The notes under the pieces: generated by a model
The model's input: the letters and a program-made list of their open reading frames with translations, nothing else
Told to the model about the DNA's origin: nothing
Databases searched by the model: none
Part shown: positions 46,771 through 55,825 of the stretch, piece by piece
Numbering within the stretch: the stretch's first letter is position 1
How the letters are laid out: every line of letters begins with the position of its first letter
Translations under genes and position numbers: made by a program
Assembly (NCBI GenBank): GCA_963766885.1
Contig: CAVYBO010000001.1
Location: 132,352 to 196,351 of the forward strand
Source of the DNA: an uncultured bacterium
GTDB taxonomy: Bacteria; Patescibacteriota; Minisyncoccia; Phycocordibacterales; CAIRYW01
Direction of reading: 5' to 3'
DNA length: 64,000 nt

Positions 46771-47529
46771 TTAATGATAGGCTCCGTGACGATAATCGAA
46801 GCTGTCGTAAACTCTCGCCAACTCGACTGCGATTCTGTCCAGAGCCAGGCCCTTGCGGATAATGACTGGTGGTTGCCCGTTCAGTTTACCTTCGTCGTTG
46901 ACGAAAGAAACCATAACGCCTTGCGCCATGCGCGTAGTTTCGTCAGCCTCGGGTTGCTGGCAGTGAACGTAGTCGTCAGCCTCGATGATGAAATCGGCAC
47001 CGTCAAGTATCGCATCGCCGACACCTTCCAGTTTACCCCGATTTCCTTGGCCGGTTGGATTTGCCGATGAAGCAAACACAAGTCTGTGGTGGTTTCTCCA
47101 CATTGTTTCGCAAATCAACTCCGACGGGGCGCCGAAGCGTACGACAAAGCAGCTTGTGTCGCGGCCGTCCATCACCAGTTCCCGCGAACCGTCGTTGGGA
47201 ATGTACTTATCCGCTGCGTCTTTCCTCCACGGAAGAATACAGCCGAGAAGTATGTCCTTCTTGTAGCAGCTTTTATAGAGCGCTAGAATTTTTTCATCAA
47301 TCTCGGCCAACGAGAGGATTTGACTAATTCCCTCGCAAAGAACGACGCCGGGTTTACTGCGAGGACGTCCCTTCAGTTGGAATTTCTTGTCGAGACCGAT
47401 TCGGTCGCTTGTGGCGATAATGTAGCCGACCTTTGTCGGTGTAACTATCGCATTGCTCCCTTCAAGAAGAAGCTTGACCGCTGATGGGATGCCTTCTTCT
47501 TTTCCACCCCAATGAATCTGTGTTTTCAT
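46771..47529 (-). CDS. Sua5/YciO/YrdC/YwlC family protein (threonylcarbamoyl-AMP synthase-like)
   Basis: …SNAIVTPTKVGYIIATSD…KGRPRSKPGVVLC… resembles the YrdC double-stranded RNA-binding fold motifs. GC-rich relative to neighbours. Confidence 0.45.
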   Translation of the reverse strand: MKTQIHWGGKEEGIPSAVKLLLEGSNAIVTPTKVGYIIATSDRIGLDKKFQLKGRPRSKPGVVLCEGISQILSLAEIDEKILALYKSCYKKDILLGCILPWRKDAADKYIPNDGSRELVMDGRDTSCFVVRFGAPSELICETMWRNHHRLVFASSANPTGQGNRGKLEGVGDAILDGADFIIEADDYVHCQQPEADETTRMAQGVMVSFVNDEGKLNGQPPVIIRKGLALDRIAVELARVYDSFDYRHGAYH

Positions 47530-47709
47530 AATTTGATTTAATGTGCTGTGTTTGGTTGAGTTTTACCTGGATCAGCTCCAGTTGCTTGGTTATTTAGACC
47601 GCTGGATATCAAGATTACAGATTTATATTTATAAGTCAAAATTAATTTCCAAATTTATTTAAAATAAAAAAGTTTAAATTTCCTTAAAAAATGATAGGAT
47701 ATTGCTGTT

Positions 47710-49254
47710 ATGCCAGAAAATAAAGCGGAAAAGACTTATTACACCACAATCGGTTTGGAGATACATGCGGAGGTTAATACCAAGACCAAGATGTTTTGTG
47801 CTTGCAAAAATGATCCAGACGAAGAGCGGCCGAACGCCAATATTTGTCCTGTGTGTATGGGACACCCTGGCACGCTCCCAAGACCAAACAAGGAAGCAAT
47901 AAAGCAAGTGTTGAGAGTTGGAACCGCTGTTGGAGGCAAGCTTGCTTTGGAGTACACAGAATTTGATAGGAAGAATTATTTTTATCCTGATATTCCAAAA
48001 GGCTATCAATTATCACAATACAAATTTCCGCTGGTTAGCGGAGGAAATTTAAACGGCGTTGAATTGACACGCGTGCATATTGAAGAAGATACAGGTACAT
48101 CTTTGCATGAAGAGGGCCAAGGAAATGATCAGTACTCGTTGCTAAATTACAATCGCGCTGGAGTGCCTTTGATGGAACTTGTAACTGAGCCTGTGATAAC
48201 TTCTGCCAAACAAGCTTCAGAGTTTGCAAAAGAACTGCAGTTGCTTCTTCGAACTCTTGGAGCAAGCAATGCAAATATGGAAAAAGGCGAGATGCGCGTT
48301 GAAGCAAATATTTCTATTTCCGATGACCCAAAAAAATTCGGTACAAAAGTTGAAGTCAAAAACCTGAACTCTTTTAAAGCTGTTGAAAAGGCGATTGAGT
48401 ATGAGCTTGAACGCCACAAACAAATTTTAGAAAAAGGAGAAAAGCTGAATCAAGAAACTCGCGGCTGGGATGAAAACAAAAACGCAACCTTTTCTCAAAG
48501 GCAGAAGGAAGACGCGCACGACTATAGATATTTTCCTGATCCGGATATTCCCAAGCTGAAGCTCGGAGAAGTTGAAGGATTTGCTGAAAGCGAATTGAAA
48601 AATTCTTTACCTGAATTGCCGAGGGAGAAAAGAGAACGTCTTTTGCAACTGGGAGTTAATAAAGAATATGTGGAAACATTTTTGTCACGTGTTGAATTAG
48701 GAATATTTTTTGATGAAGTTCTAGCGACATTAAATCCTCAGGGTCACGCGCTTCGTTTTGCTTCGCAAAAGTCGCGCGCAACGCCTTCGGATTTAACGAC
48801 CGAGGGATTACAGGCGACTTCGCCAGCGGTGAACGAAGACTGTGATTCCGAGGCCATTATTCTTGCTTCAAATTATGCTGGTACCGATGTTGTTTCTATA
48901 AAAGAAAAAACAGGTAAGATGCCGGAAGCAGAAAGTTTTGCCAAAACAATTATCCTTTTGAAAAATGGCAAAATTTCTTCGCGCGCTGCAAAAGATATTT
49001 TGGGAATTCTTGCGGCAGAAGGCGGTGATCCACAAAAAATTGCAGAAGAGAAGAAATTATTGCAAGTCAGCGATGAAGCCGCGATCAAAGAAATAGTGCA
49101 AAAAATCATTTCTGCCAATCCAAAGGTGGTTGAGGAATTCAAAGCCGGAAAAACAAGCTCGGTGCAGTTTTTGGTGGGGCAGGCAATGAAGGAAACTAAG
49201 GGTTCAGCCAACCCGCAAATGCTCCAAAAGCTATTTTCAGAAGCTCTGAAATAG
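47710..49254 (+). CDS. gatB: Asp-tRNA(Asn)/Glu-tRNA(Gln) amidotransferase subunit B
   Basis: N-terminus YTTIGLEIHAEVNTKTKMFC, and …CPVCMGHPGTLP… Contains a GC-rich in-frame insertion of about 40 aa in the tail domain. Confidence 0.85.
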   Translation: MPENKAEKTYYTTIGLEIHAEVNTKTKMFCACKNDPDEERPNANICPVCMGHPGTLPRPNKEAIKQVLRVGTAVGGKLALEYTEFDRKNYFYPDIPKGYQLSQYKFPLVSGGNLNGVELTRVHIEEDTGTSLHEEGQGNDQYSLLNYNRAGVPLMELVTEPVITSAKQASEFAKELQLLLRTLGASNANMEKGEMRVEANISISDDPKKFGTKVEVKNLNSFKAVEKAIEYELERHKQILEKGEKLNQETRGWDENKNATFSQRQKEDAHDYRYFPDPDIPKLKLGEVEGFAESELKNSLPELPREKRERLLQLGVNKEYVETFLSRVELGIFFDEVLATLNPQGHALRFASQKSRATPSDLTTEGLQATSPAVNEDCDSEAIILASNYAGTDVVSIKEKTGKMPEAESFAKTIILLKNGKISSRAAKDILGILAAEGGDPQKIAEEKKLLQVSDEAAIKEIVQKIISANPKVVEEFKAGKTSSVQFLVGQAMKETKGSANPQMLQKLFSEALK

Positions 49255-49307
49255 CTATTTTGTCAATGTTTTAATTATTGCTGGTTTGGTTTACTATTTA
49301 GGAACTT

Positions 49308-50147
49308 ATGGCTAAACAAAAAACAAAGGCAAAAATTGAAGAAGAGGGAGATGAGAAAAAATACTATTTTATTGCCGGCCTTCCGCGCGCCGGATCAACT
49401 TTGCTTTGCAATATTCTGGCTCAAAATCCAAGATTTCTGACAACCGCAACTTCGGGGATCATGGATGTAATGTTTGGGGTCAGAAACACTTGGGACAACT
49501 TGATTGAATTCAAAGCCAATCCAAATCCTGATGCAAAGCTTCGCGTGCTTCGCGGAATTTTGGATTCATATTACGCAGATTCAGACAAGAGCGTGGTTTT
49601 TGATAAATGCCGCGGATGGCTTTCGCTTTTGGAAATGGCGGAATCAGTGCTTGGACACAAGGCAAAAGTTTTGGTGCCGGTTCGCGATATCCGAGATGTG
49701 CTTGCCAGCTTTGAAAAACTTTGGCGAGAAGCATCAAAGAGCAAGCAAATCGGGCAGGAGGGCGCAAATTATTTTGCGTTTCAAACCGTGGAAGGCAGAA
49801 CTGAAACCTGGCTTCGTCCGGACCAGCCGGTTGGATTGGCTTACAACAGAATCAAGGACGCAATCAACAGAGGCTACGCGGACAGAATGTTACTTGTGGA
49901 CTTTGAAGATTTGACGGCGCGGCCGGAACAGACCATGCAGGTGATTTATGAATTTTTGGGAGAAAAATTTTATCGGCACGATTTTGAGAATGTAAAGCAA
50001 GTGACTTTTGAGGATGATTCTGTTCACGGTATTCCAAATCTTCACACAATCAAATCAAAAGTGCGTCCGATGCCTCCTCAATGGCCGCTCATACTTGGCC
50101 CCTTTGCTGAAAAATACGGTCAGCTCAATTTTTGGAATAAAAAATAA
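49308..50147 (+). CDS. sulfotransferase family protein
   Basis: 5'-PSB P-loop-like GLPRAGSTLL and a 3'-PB-like VRDIRDVLAS, Sulfotransfer_3-type. Confidence 0.5.
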   Translation: MAKQKTKAKIEEEGDEKKYYFIAGLPRAGSTLLCNILAQNPRFLTTATSGIMDVMFGVRNTWDNLIEFKANPNPDAKLRVLRGILDSYYADSDKSVVFDKCRGWLSLLEMAESVLGHKAKVLVPVRDIRDVLASFEKLWREASKSKQIGQEGANYFAFQTVEGRTETWLRPDQPVGLAYNRIKDAINRGYADRMLLVDFEDLTARPEQTMQVIYEFLGEKFYRHDFENVKQVTFEDDSVHGIPNLHTIKSKVRPMPPQWPLILGPFAEKYGQLNFWNKK

Positions 50148-50150
50148 AAA

Positions 50151-51056
50151 ATGCCAAAGTATGCGGTATTTGTGATAAACGGGTTGCCAGAAAAAGATTT
50201 TTTGGGCACGGCCGTTATTGCTCAATACAAAAAAGAAAATCCAAATCAAAAAATAATTGTTTTGAGCCGCAATCCATATATTTGGATGCACAACACGGAT
50301 GTTTGGAGAATTTACGACAGCTCTCGAACCCAATATTTCCATGATGATTTTATTGCGGGTGGCCAGTCCAAAATTTTCGCGGAAGACCCATATATTTCAA
50401 CCGACTATATTTCACATGGTATGCATGTTATTGATGCTTGGGCCAAATTGATTGGTGTAGCCAAGCCGGAGCATAAGCCTAAGGTTTTTTTGACGCAGAG
50501 GGAATTTGAAGTCACAGAACGCCTGCTAGGGCAGTACAAGCCGTTTTGCATTATTTCCACAGAGGGTGAAGCTTTTCTGCCAAAAGGAGCGTCAACATGG
50601 GTCAAGAAAATACCCCGGCAATTAAGCGAATTTTTGGCTTCAGAAATGAAAAAAAGCGGTATTAATGTGCTTCACGCTATGCTTCCAAATGAGCAGCCTC
50701 TGCCGTTTTCAACACCAATAAATTTTGAGCCGAGAATTTTGATTGGAGCTCTTAAGGCTGCTGACGCAAGAATTTTGACGAATTCTTTTTTGGCTCACGC
50801 TTCTGCGGCTCTTGAAATTAATTCCACTGTAATTTATTCCGATGCATTGCCTCTGCAAACGGGTTATGAGATTAATTCAAATTTTTATCCAGAAAATTTG
50901 CCACCTCAGCAAAAAGATATTGTAGAAAATTATTATCCGGCGATTGATGTTGGCAATTTCCGCTCACTCCAAAGAGTTAACCTTGCTGGAACTTATAAAG
51001 TGGAAGCAATTTTGAAATCAACATTGGATCAAATAAAAAATAAAGCAAAAAATTAA
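50151..51056 (+). CDS. glycosyltransferase family 9-like (heptosyltransferase fold)
   Basis: N-terminal strand YAVFVINGLP…, …IIVLSRNPYIWMHN… and a C-terminal …HASAAL… region parallel the GT9 layout. Paralog of the next gene. Confidence 0.45.
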   Translation: MPKYAVFVINGLPEKDFLGTAVIAQYKKENPNQKIIVLSRNPYIWMHNTDVWRIYDSSRTQYFHDDFIAGGQSKIFAEDPYISTDYISHGMHVIDAWAKLIGVAKPEHKPKVFLTQREFEVTERLLGQYKPFCIISTEGEAFLPKGASTWVKKIPRQLSEFLASEMKKSGINVLHAMLPNEQPLPFSTPINFEPRILIGALKAADARILTNSFLAHASAALEINSTVIYSDALPLQTGYEINSNFYPENLPPQQKDIVENYYPAIDVGNFRSLQRVNLAGTYKVEAILKSTLDQIKNKAKN

Positions 51057-51060
51057 ACAG

Positions 51061-51942
51061 ATGAGAAAAAATATTTTATTTATGGTCGCAGGAGGAGTCG
51101 GCAAAAATATTTTGGCTACTGCTGTGGTGCGGGCAATCAACAAAAAATATCCGAGCCATAATATTATTGTTTTGACGCCTTATGGATTTGTCTGGAAAAA
51201 CAACCCGCGAGTCTCGCAGATTCTCAATCCAGAAGAAGAGCCGGATCTTTATGGGAAATACATCAAAGACCACGATACGATTATAATGTTTCAAGAGCCG
51301 TATATGTCTGATGATTTTTTTAACAGACGAAAGCATCTGACTGAAATCTGGTGTCAGCTTTGCAGCGTGTCATCAGACAGATTTGAGCCCGAGCTTTATT
51401 ATCCCAAAAAAGAATTGGAAGAAATAAAAAAGAAAATAGGAATTTCTTCGTCGCCGATTTTTATGATTCAAACTAGCGGCGGACACGAAAGCCAAAAATA
51501 TCCGATTTCTTGGACGCGAGATTTGCCGCTCAATATTGCAGAACAAGTTGTAGAAAAAATGAATCAGAAAGGATACAGAACGGTGCATATCAGAAGAGAA
51601 AATCAATATGCGCTTCCAAACACTTTGCATTTGGATCTTACAACCAGAGAAATGATCGGCTCTGTTTGTTTTGCTGACAAGCTGCTCTTAATAGATTCTG
51701 TGGCAATGCACGCCGCTGCGGCATTTGGCAAGAAAGCCGTTGTCACATGGGTTGGCAATCCGAGCACAATTTTTGGCTACGGAATGCACAAAAATATTTA
51801 TACAAAAGTTCCGATGAGCTTCAGGCACTTCCCCAACGCTTTTTTGGATAAATACGATATTACAGGCAACATAACGGAGTGCCCGTTTGATACAAATGAT
51901 CTTTTTGACGCTGATGAATTGGTAAATCTCCTCGATCAATAA
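51061..51942 (+). CDS. glycosyltransferase family 9-like (heptosyltransferase fold)
   Basis: ILFMVAGGVGKNILATAVV…IIVLTPYGFVWKNNP… and LLIDSVAMHAAAAFGKKAVVTWVGNPSTIFGYG parallel WaaC/WaaF (…VDTGLSHLTAALDRP…YGPTDP…). Confidence 0.55.
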   Translation: MRKNILFMVAGGVGKNILATAVVRAINKKYPSHNIIVLTPYGFVWKNNPRVSQILNPEEEPDLYGKYIKDHDTIIMFQEPYMSDDFFNRRKHLTEIWCQLCSVSSDRFEPELYYPKKELEEIKKKIGISSSPIFMIQTSGGHESQKYPISWTRDLPLNIAEQVVEKMNQKGYRTVHIRRENQYALPNTLHLDLTTREMIGSVCFADKLLLIDSVAMHAAAAFGKKAVVTWVGNPSTIFGYGMHKNIYTKVPMSFRHFPNAFLDKYDITGNITECPFDTNDLFDADELVNLLDQ

Positions 51943-52015
51943 TTCCCAAAGACTTTTCCCCATATTTCGCACACATTTCCTGCAAATAAATGCTAAAATA
52001 ACCTCGTTCTCTAAT

Positions 52016-55000
52016 ATGAAAAACAGTCCAACTTTCAAATCTAAGATTGTCAAACTCTCTTTCTCCGCTGTTATCATCACCTTGGTAGCAAAAGGTGTTG
52101 CTATTCCTCTCTCCAAAGAATACTTTTCATACCTTTTTGAAAGAAAAGATCAATCTATCGCTTTACTTACCAATTTCCCAATCATTCCAGGTAGGGAAGG
52201 TGGAAAAAACACTCTGACAGTCCAGAGCAAGGAATCTCCTCTAACCACAGGCCAACTAATTGGCCTATTAACCTTTGCCAACTCTGCATATGCAGAGAAT
52301 ATTAATTCAACAAATAATCCAGGATTTCTCTCCAGCATCACATCCTTCTACAAACCACTCTTCACCCAATCTATTAATACATATTCAGATATTGGTAACG
52401 GATTTTTGAATCAAACATCAAATGTTGCTGCTCCGGGAGGAATCTTTAATACTATCTGGTCATCAATTTCCAATCTCTTCTCTCCACAACCGACTCCAAC
52501 TGTTATCACTTCCACTGTTACTCCACCACCTGTTGATCACATCCCAGAGCATGTCATTCTTCCAGCGGCAACTACAACAATCAACACTACAAACGTCACA
52601 GACACCACAGACAACAATCAAACCACAGTAGTCTCTCTTCCTCCACCTCTACCAACACAGACAGTTGTCTATCAACCAACAAACAATACTCCGTATCTAT
52701 TACAACTCTCTTCAGAAATTTCTTCCATATCAAATCAAATCGCAAACATCAAACCAGTTGTAAATGATTACACAACAATTGGCGGAGGCGGAGGAGCAGG
52801 TCCAAGTATTATTGGAGTAACAGATTCAATTACACAAAACTCAAACAATATTTCAAATCTTCAGTCTGGAAACTTTTCCGGAGACATCACTGCTTCTGGA
52901 ACCGGTACTTCCACCTTTGCTGGTGCTGTCACTGCTACAGCTTTCTATGGAGATGGATCACACCTAACTGGAATTAGCGCAGGATCTTCTTTCTCAACCT
53001 CTACAACCAGGGGAGTGTTTTCTGCAACTGGACCTCTGGCATATTCCACGACGACCGGAGTGATCTCTATGACTGCAGGAACAAACGGTCAAATACTCCA
53101 GACTGTTTCAGGCACTCCAACTTGGGTGGCAACATCGAGTCTTGGAATTTCTGCAGGTCTTACCAACAATGCTACGGGAAATTCTGCTATTGCTTTAGGT
53201 TGCGGCAGTCTTGCTCCAAGTAGCGATTCGTCGGCGTTTGGATATGAAAATAATGCTTGCTGTGGTTATGCGTCGGCTATTGGTTCATACAACACCGCTT
53301 CTGGTTATCGCTCTGGCGCTTTTGGATATGGTAATACTGCTTCAGGATGTCATTCCTCAGCTTCTGGTTATTACAACCACGCTGCAGATAATTTCGCTTC
53401 AGCTTTTGGTAGTTGTAATAGTGCTTCAGGAAACTACTCCTCCGCTTTTGGTTATCACAACTCGGCATCGGCGTGTTGCTCTTCCGTCTTCGGTTCCAAC
53501 ATCTGCAACACCACCGCATGTTCCGTAGAAATCGGAGCCGACAACGCAGACAAACTTCAAATCTCCTCAGCTGGCGGAGTGAACTTTGTCACTGCATCAA
53601 GTACAGCAGGATTCTGTGTTAATGGAGTGAAAGTGGGAGGGTCATCTTTCTCAACTTCATGCCTTAACTGTCTTTCACAAAATGCAGTTGGGTACGAGAA
53701 CTGCGTAGGTACACTTGGATTGAACGCTTCTACTTTTGGAGGATATAACAGTGCTTCTGGATTTGTTTCTTCAGCTTTTGGATACAATAACAGTGCTTCT
53801 GGATGCAAATCTAATGCTTTTGGTTTTAGTAATAGTGCTTCTGCCTACTATTCACAAGCCTTTGGTGCTAACAACACTGCTTGTGGTGTATGTTCTTCCG
53901 TTTTTGGTGTCAATAACACCGCCTCTGGCAACTACTCCTCCGCTTTCGGTTCTAATAACACCGCCTCTGGATACTGTTCCATCGCCTCCGGTTTCTACAA
54001 CACCGCTTCTGGTTATTGTTCCTCTGCTTTTGGCTATCGCAACACCGCCTCTTGCAACAACGCCTCTGCTTTTGGCTATCGCAACACCGCCTCTTGCAAC
54101 AACGCCTCTGCTTTTGGCGATTGCAACATCGCCTGTGGCAACTACTCCAATGCCTCTGGCTATCGCAACACTGCTTCTGGTCAATACTCCTCTGCCTTTG
54201 GTAACTACAACACCGCCTCTTGCAACAACGCCTCCGCCTCTGGTAACTACAACACCGCCTCTGGCATCTGCTCCTCCGCCTTTGGTAACTCCAACACCGC
54301 CTCTGGCAACTACTCCTCTGCCTCTGGTTACTCCAACTCCGCCTCTGGTCAACAATCCTCCGTCTTTGGCTATCGCAACTCCGCCTCTTGCAACAACGCC
54401 TCCGCCTTTGGTAACTCCAACACCACCTCTGGCAACTACTCCTCCGCCTTTGGTAACTCCAACACCGCCTGTGGCTACTACTCCTCTGCCTCTGGTTACT
54501 CCAACACCACCTCTGGCAACAACGCCTCTGCCTTTGGTTACAACAATACTGCCTCTGGCAACAACGCCTCCGCCTTTGGTTACAACAATACTGCCTCTGG
54601 CATCTCCTCCTCTGCTTCTGGTTATTGCAACACTGCCTCTGGCAACTACTCCTCCGCTTCTGGTTATTGCAACATCGCCTGTGGATGTTATTCCTCCTCT
54701 GCCTTTGGTTACAACAATACTGCCTCTGGCCCCGCCTCCTCTGCCTTTGGTTACAACAATACTGCCTCTGGCATCTCCTCCTCTGCTTCTGGTTATTGCA
54801 ACATCGCCTGTGGCAACTACTCCTCTGCCTTCGGCTCCTGCCTGACAAACAGTACAGCCTGCTCCACAATGCTCGGCTACTGCAACGCCTGGATGAGAAT
54901 CAATCCAGACAAATCCGTCTGCTTCTCAAACGGTGGTTGTATCTCTTCCACTGGTGTAGGCTCATTCGCATCAGACAGAAACATCAAGGACAACTTCACC

Positions 55001-55804
55001 CCAATCAATCAACAAACCATATTAAACTCAATAGACAATCTACCTATCACACAGTGGAACTACATAGCAGATGCAAGCAATACTCCATACATTGGACCAG
55101 TTGCCCAAGACTTCTATGCAGCATTCGGAGGTCTAGGAGGCTCATCTACCACTATCCCTGAGTTTGAACCTGGAGCTATTGCTCTTGTGGGTGTACAGGC
55201 ATTGTCACAGAATTTGGCTTCGACGACGGCACAAGTTCAAACTATCCAAACAGAACTTAATGTTCTGACAGACACATCTACCTCAACCCCTTCATCAGAT
55301 ACTCTCTCTTCAATGACAAGCTGGTTCTCTGGAGTAGGTACAGATATCCAAAACGGTATTACTTATCTTTCTAGTCTCTTTGTTGAGAAGTTGACTGTGG
55401 GATCGGCAAGTAAGCCCACTGGTATTACTTTGTATGACAAGACAACCGGTGAACCGTATTGTTTGGAAATAAATAATGGTACCCCTGAGGCAAAAGCTGG
55501 GGATTGTGACGATGACAGCTCATCGAATGTTTCTTCAGGACAAAGCGGAGGAGGTTCTTCATCAGGATCTAGTGACAATACAAGCACAAGTACAGATTCA
55601 GATTCAACATCTACAAGTGACACATCAGGAGACAATTCAGTTTCTTCTTCAACCCCTTCATCTGACACATCAACATCTACAGATTCTGTAAGTGGTTCAG
55701 GTAATTCAAATTCAACCTCAAGTTCCACGCCAATAAGTAGCACACCAAGCAGTAGTTCTGGTGATTCATCAGATTCGTCAGGTACAAGTACTTCATCCTC
55801 TTAA
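52016..55804 (+). CDS. giant surface fibre protein: N-terminal anchor, about 80 YadA-head-like (Hep_Hag-type) heptad repeats, C-terminal peptidase S74 intramolecular chaperone domain, Ser/Thr-rich tail
   Basis: 1262 aa. The N-terminus is hydrophobic (MKNSPTFKSKIVKLSFSAVIITLVAKG). Residues 390-945 or so are 7-aa repeats [ST]A[FS]G[YN]xN / TASGNxS arranged as 14-aa units. …SFASDRNIKDNFTPINQ…IGPVAQDFYAAFGG… matches the S74 autoproteolytic chaperone motif (SDxRxKxNI). The final 150 aa or so are S/T/D low complexity. Confidence 0.7.
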   Translation: MKNSPTFKSKIVKLSFSAVIITLVAKGVAIPLSKEYFSYLFERKDQSIALLTNFPIIPGREGGKNTLTVQSKESPLTTGQLIGLLTFANSAYAENINSTNNPGFLSSITSFYKPLFTQSINTYSDIGNGFLNQTSNVAAPGGIFNTIWSSISNLFSPQPTPTVITSTVTPPPVDHIPEHVILPAATTTINTTNVTDTTDNNQTTVVSLPPPLPTQTVVYQPTNNTPYLLQLSSEISSISNQIANIKPVVNDYTTIGGGGGAGPSIIGVTDSITQNSNNISNLQSGNFSGDITASGTGTSTFAGAVTATAFYGDGSHLTGISAGSSFSTSTTRGVFSATGPLAYSTTTGVISMTAGTNGQILQTVSGTPTWVATSSLGISAGLTNNATGNSAIALGCGSLAPSSDSSAFGYENNACCGYASAIGSYNTASGYRSGAFGYGNTASGCHSSASGYYNHAADNFASAFGSCNSASGNYSSAFGYHNSASACCSSVFGSNICNTTACSVEIGADNADKLQISSAGGVNFVTASSTAGFCVNGVKVGGSSFSTSCLNCLSQNAVGYENCVGTLGLNASTFGGYNSASGFVSSAFGYNNSASGCKSNAFGFSNSASAYYSQAFGANNTACGVCSSVFGVNNTASGNYSSAFGSNNTASGYCSIASGFYNTASGYCSSAFGYRNTASCNNASAFGYRNTASCNNASAFGDCNIACGNYSNASGYRNTASGQYSSAFGNYNTASCNNASASGNYNTASGICSSAFGNSNTASGNYSSASGYSNSASGQQSSVFGYRNSASCNNASAFGNSNTTSGNYSSAFGNSNTACGYYSSASGYSNTTSGNNASAFGYNNTASGNNASAFGYNNTASGISSSASGYCNTASGNYSSASGYCNIACGCYSSSAFGYNNTASGPASSAFGYNNTASGISSSASGYCNIACGNYSSAFGSCLTNSTACSTMLGYCNAWMRINPDKSVCFSNGGCISSTGVGSFASDRNIKDNFTPINQQTILNSIDNLPITQWNYIADASNTPYIGPVAQDFYAAFGGLGGSSTTIPEFEPGAIALVGVQALSQNLASTTAQVQTIQTELNVLTDTSTSTPSSDTLSSMTSWFSGVGTDIQNGITYLSSLFVEKLTVGSASKPTGITLYDKTTGEPYCLEINNGTPEAKAGDCDDDSSSNVSSGQSGGGSSSGSSDNTSTSTDSDSTSTSDTSGDNSVSSSTPSSDTSTSTDSVSGSGNSNSTSSSTPISSTPSSSSGDSSDSSGTSTSSS
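53170..54850 (+). repeat. coding tandem repeats (21/42-bp period) encoding heptad beta-roll units
   Basis: Near-identical units such as ctctgcttttggctatcgcaacaccgcctcttgcaacaacgc recur. This causes long spurious ORFs in all other frames (e.g. 53736..54845 plus, 53952..54869 minus). Confidence 0.8.
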
Positions 55805-55825
55805 TTTTTTTGGTATAATTTCTGT

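Noticed and set aside
53170-54850. Possible CRISPR array or other noncoding tandem repeat
   Set aside because: The repeats have a 21/42-bp period with no unique spacers, and they lie in-frame inside a long CDS encoding heptad protein repeats. They are not CRISPR.
53211-54869. Long ORFs in alternative frames and on the minus strand inside the fibre gene (e.g. 53736..54845 Pro/Leu/Thr-rich, 53952..54869 Cys/Arg/Gln-rich, 54016..54204, 54625..55161)
   Set aside because: They are artefacts of the low-complexity tandem coding repeats, which lack stop codons in several frames. Only the plus-strand frame of 52016..55804 has a coherent start, repeat logic and a recognisable C-terminal domain.
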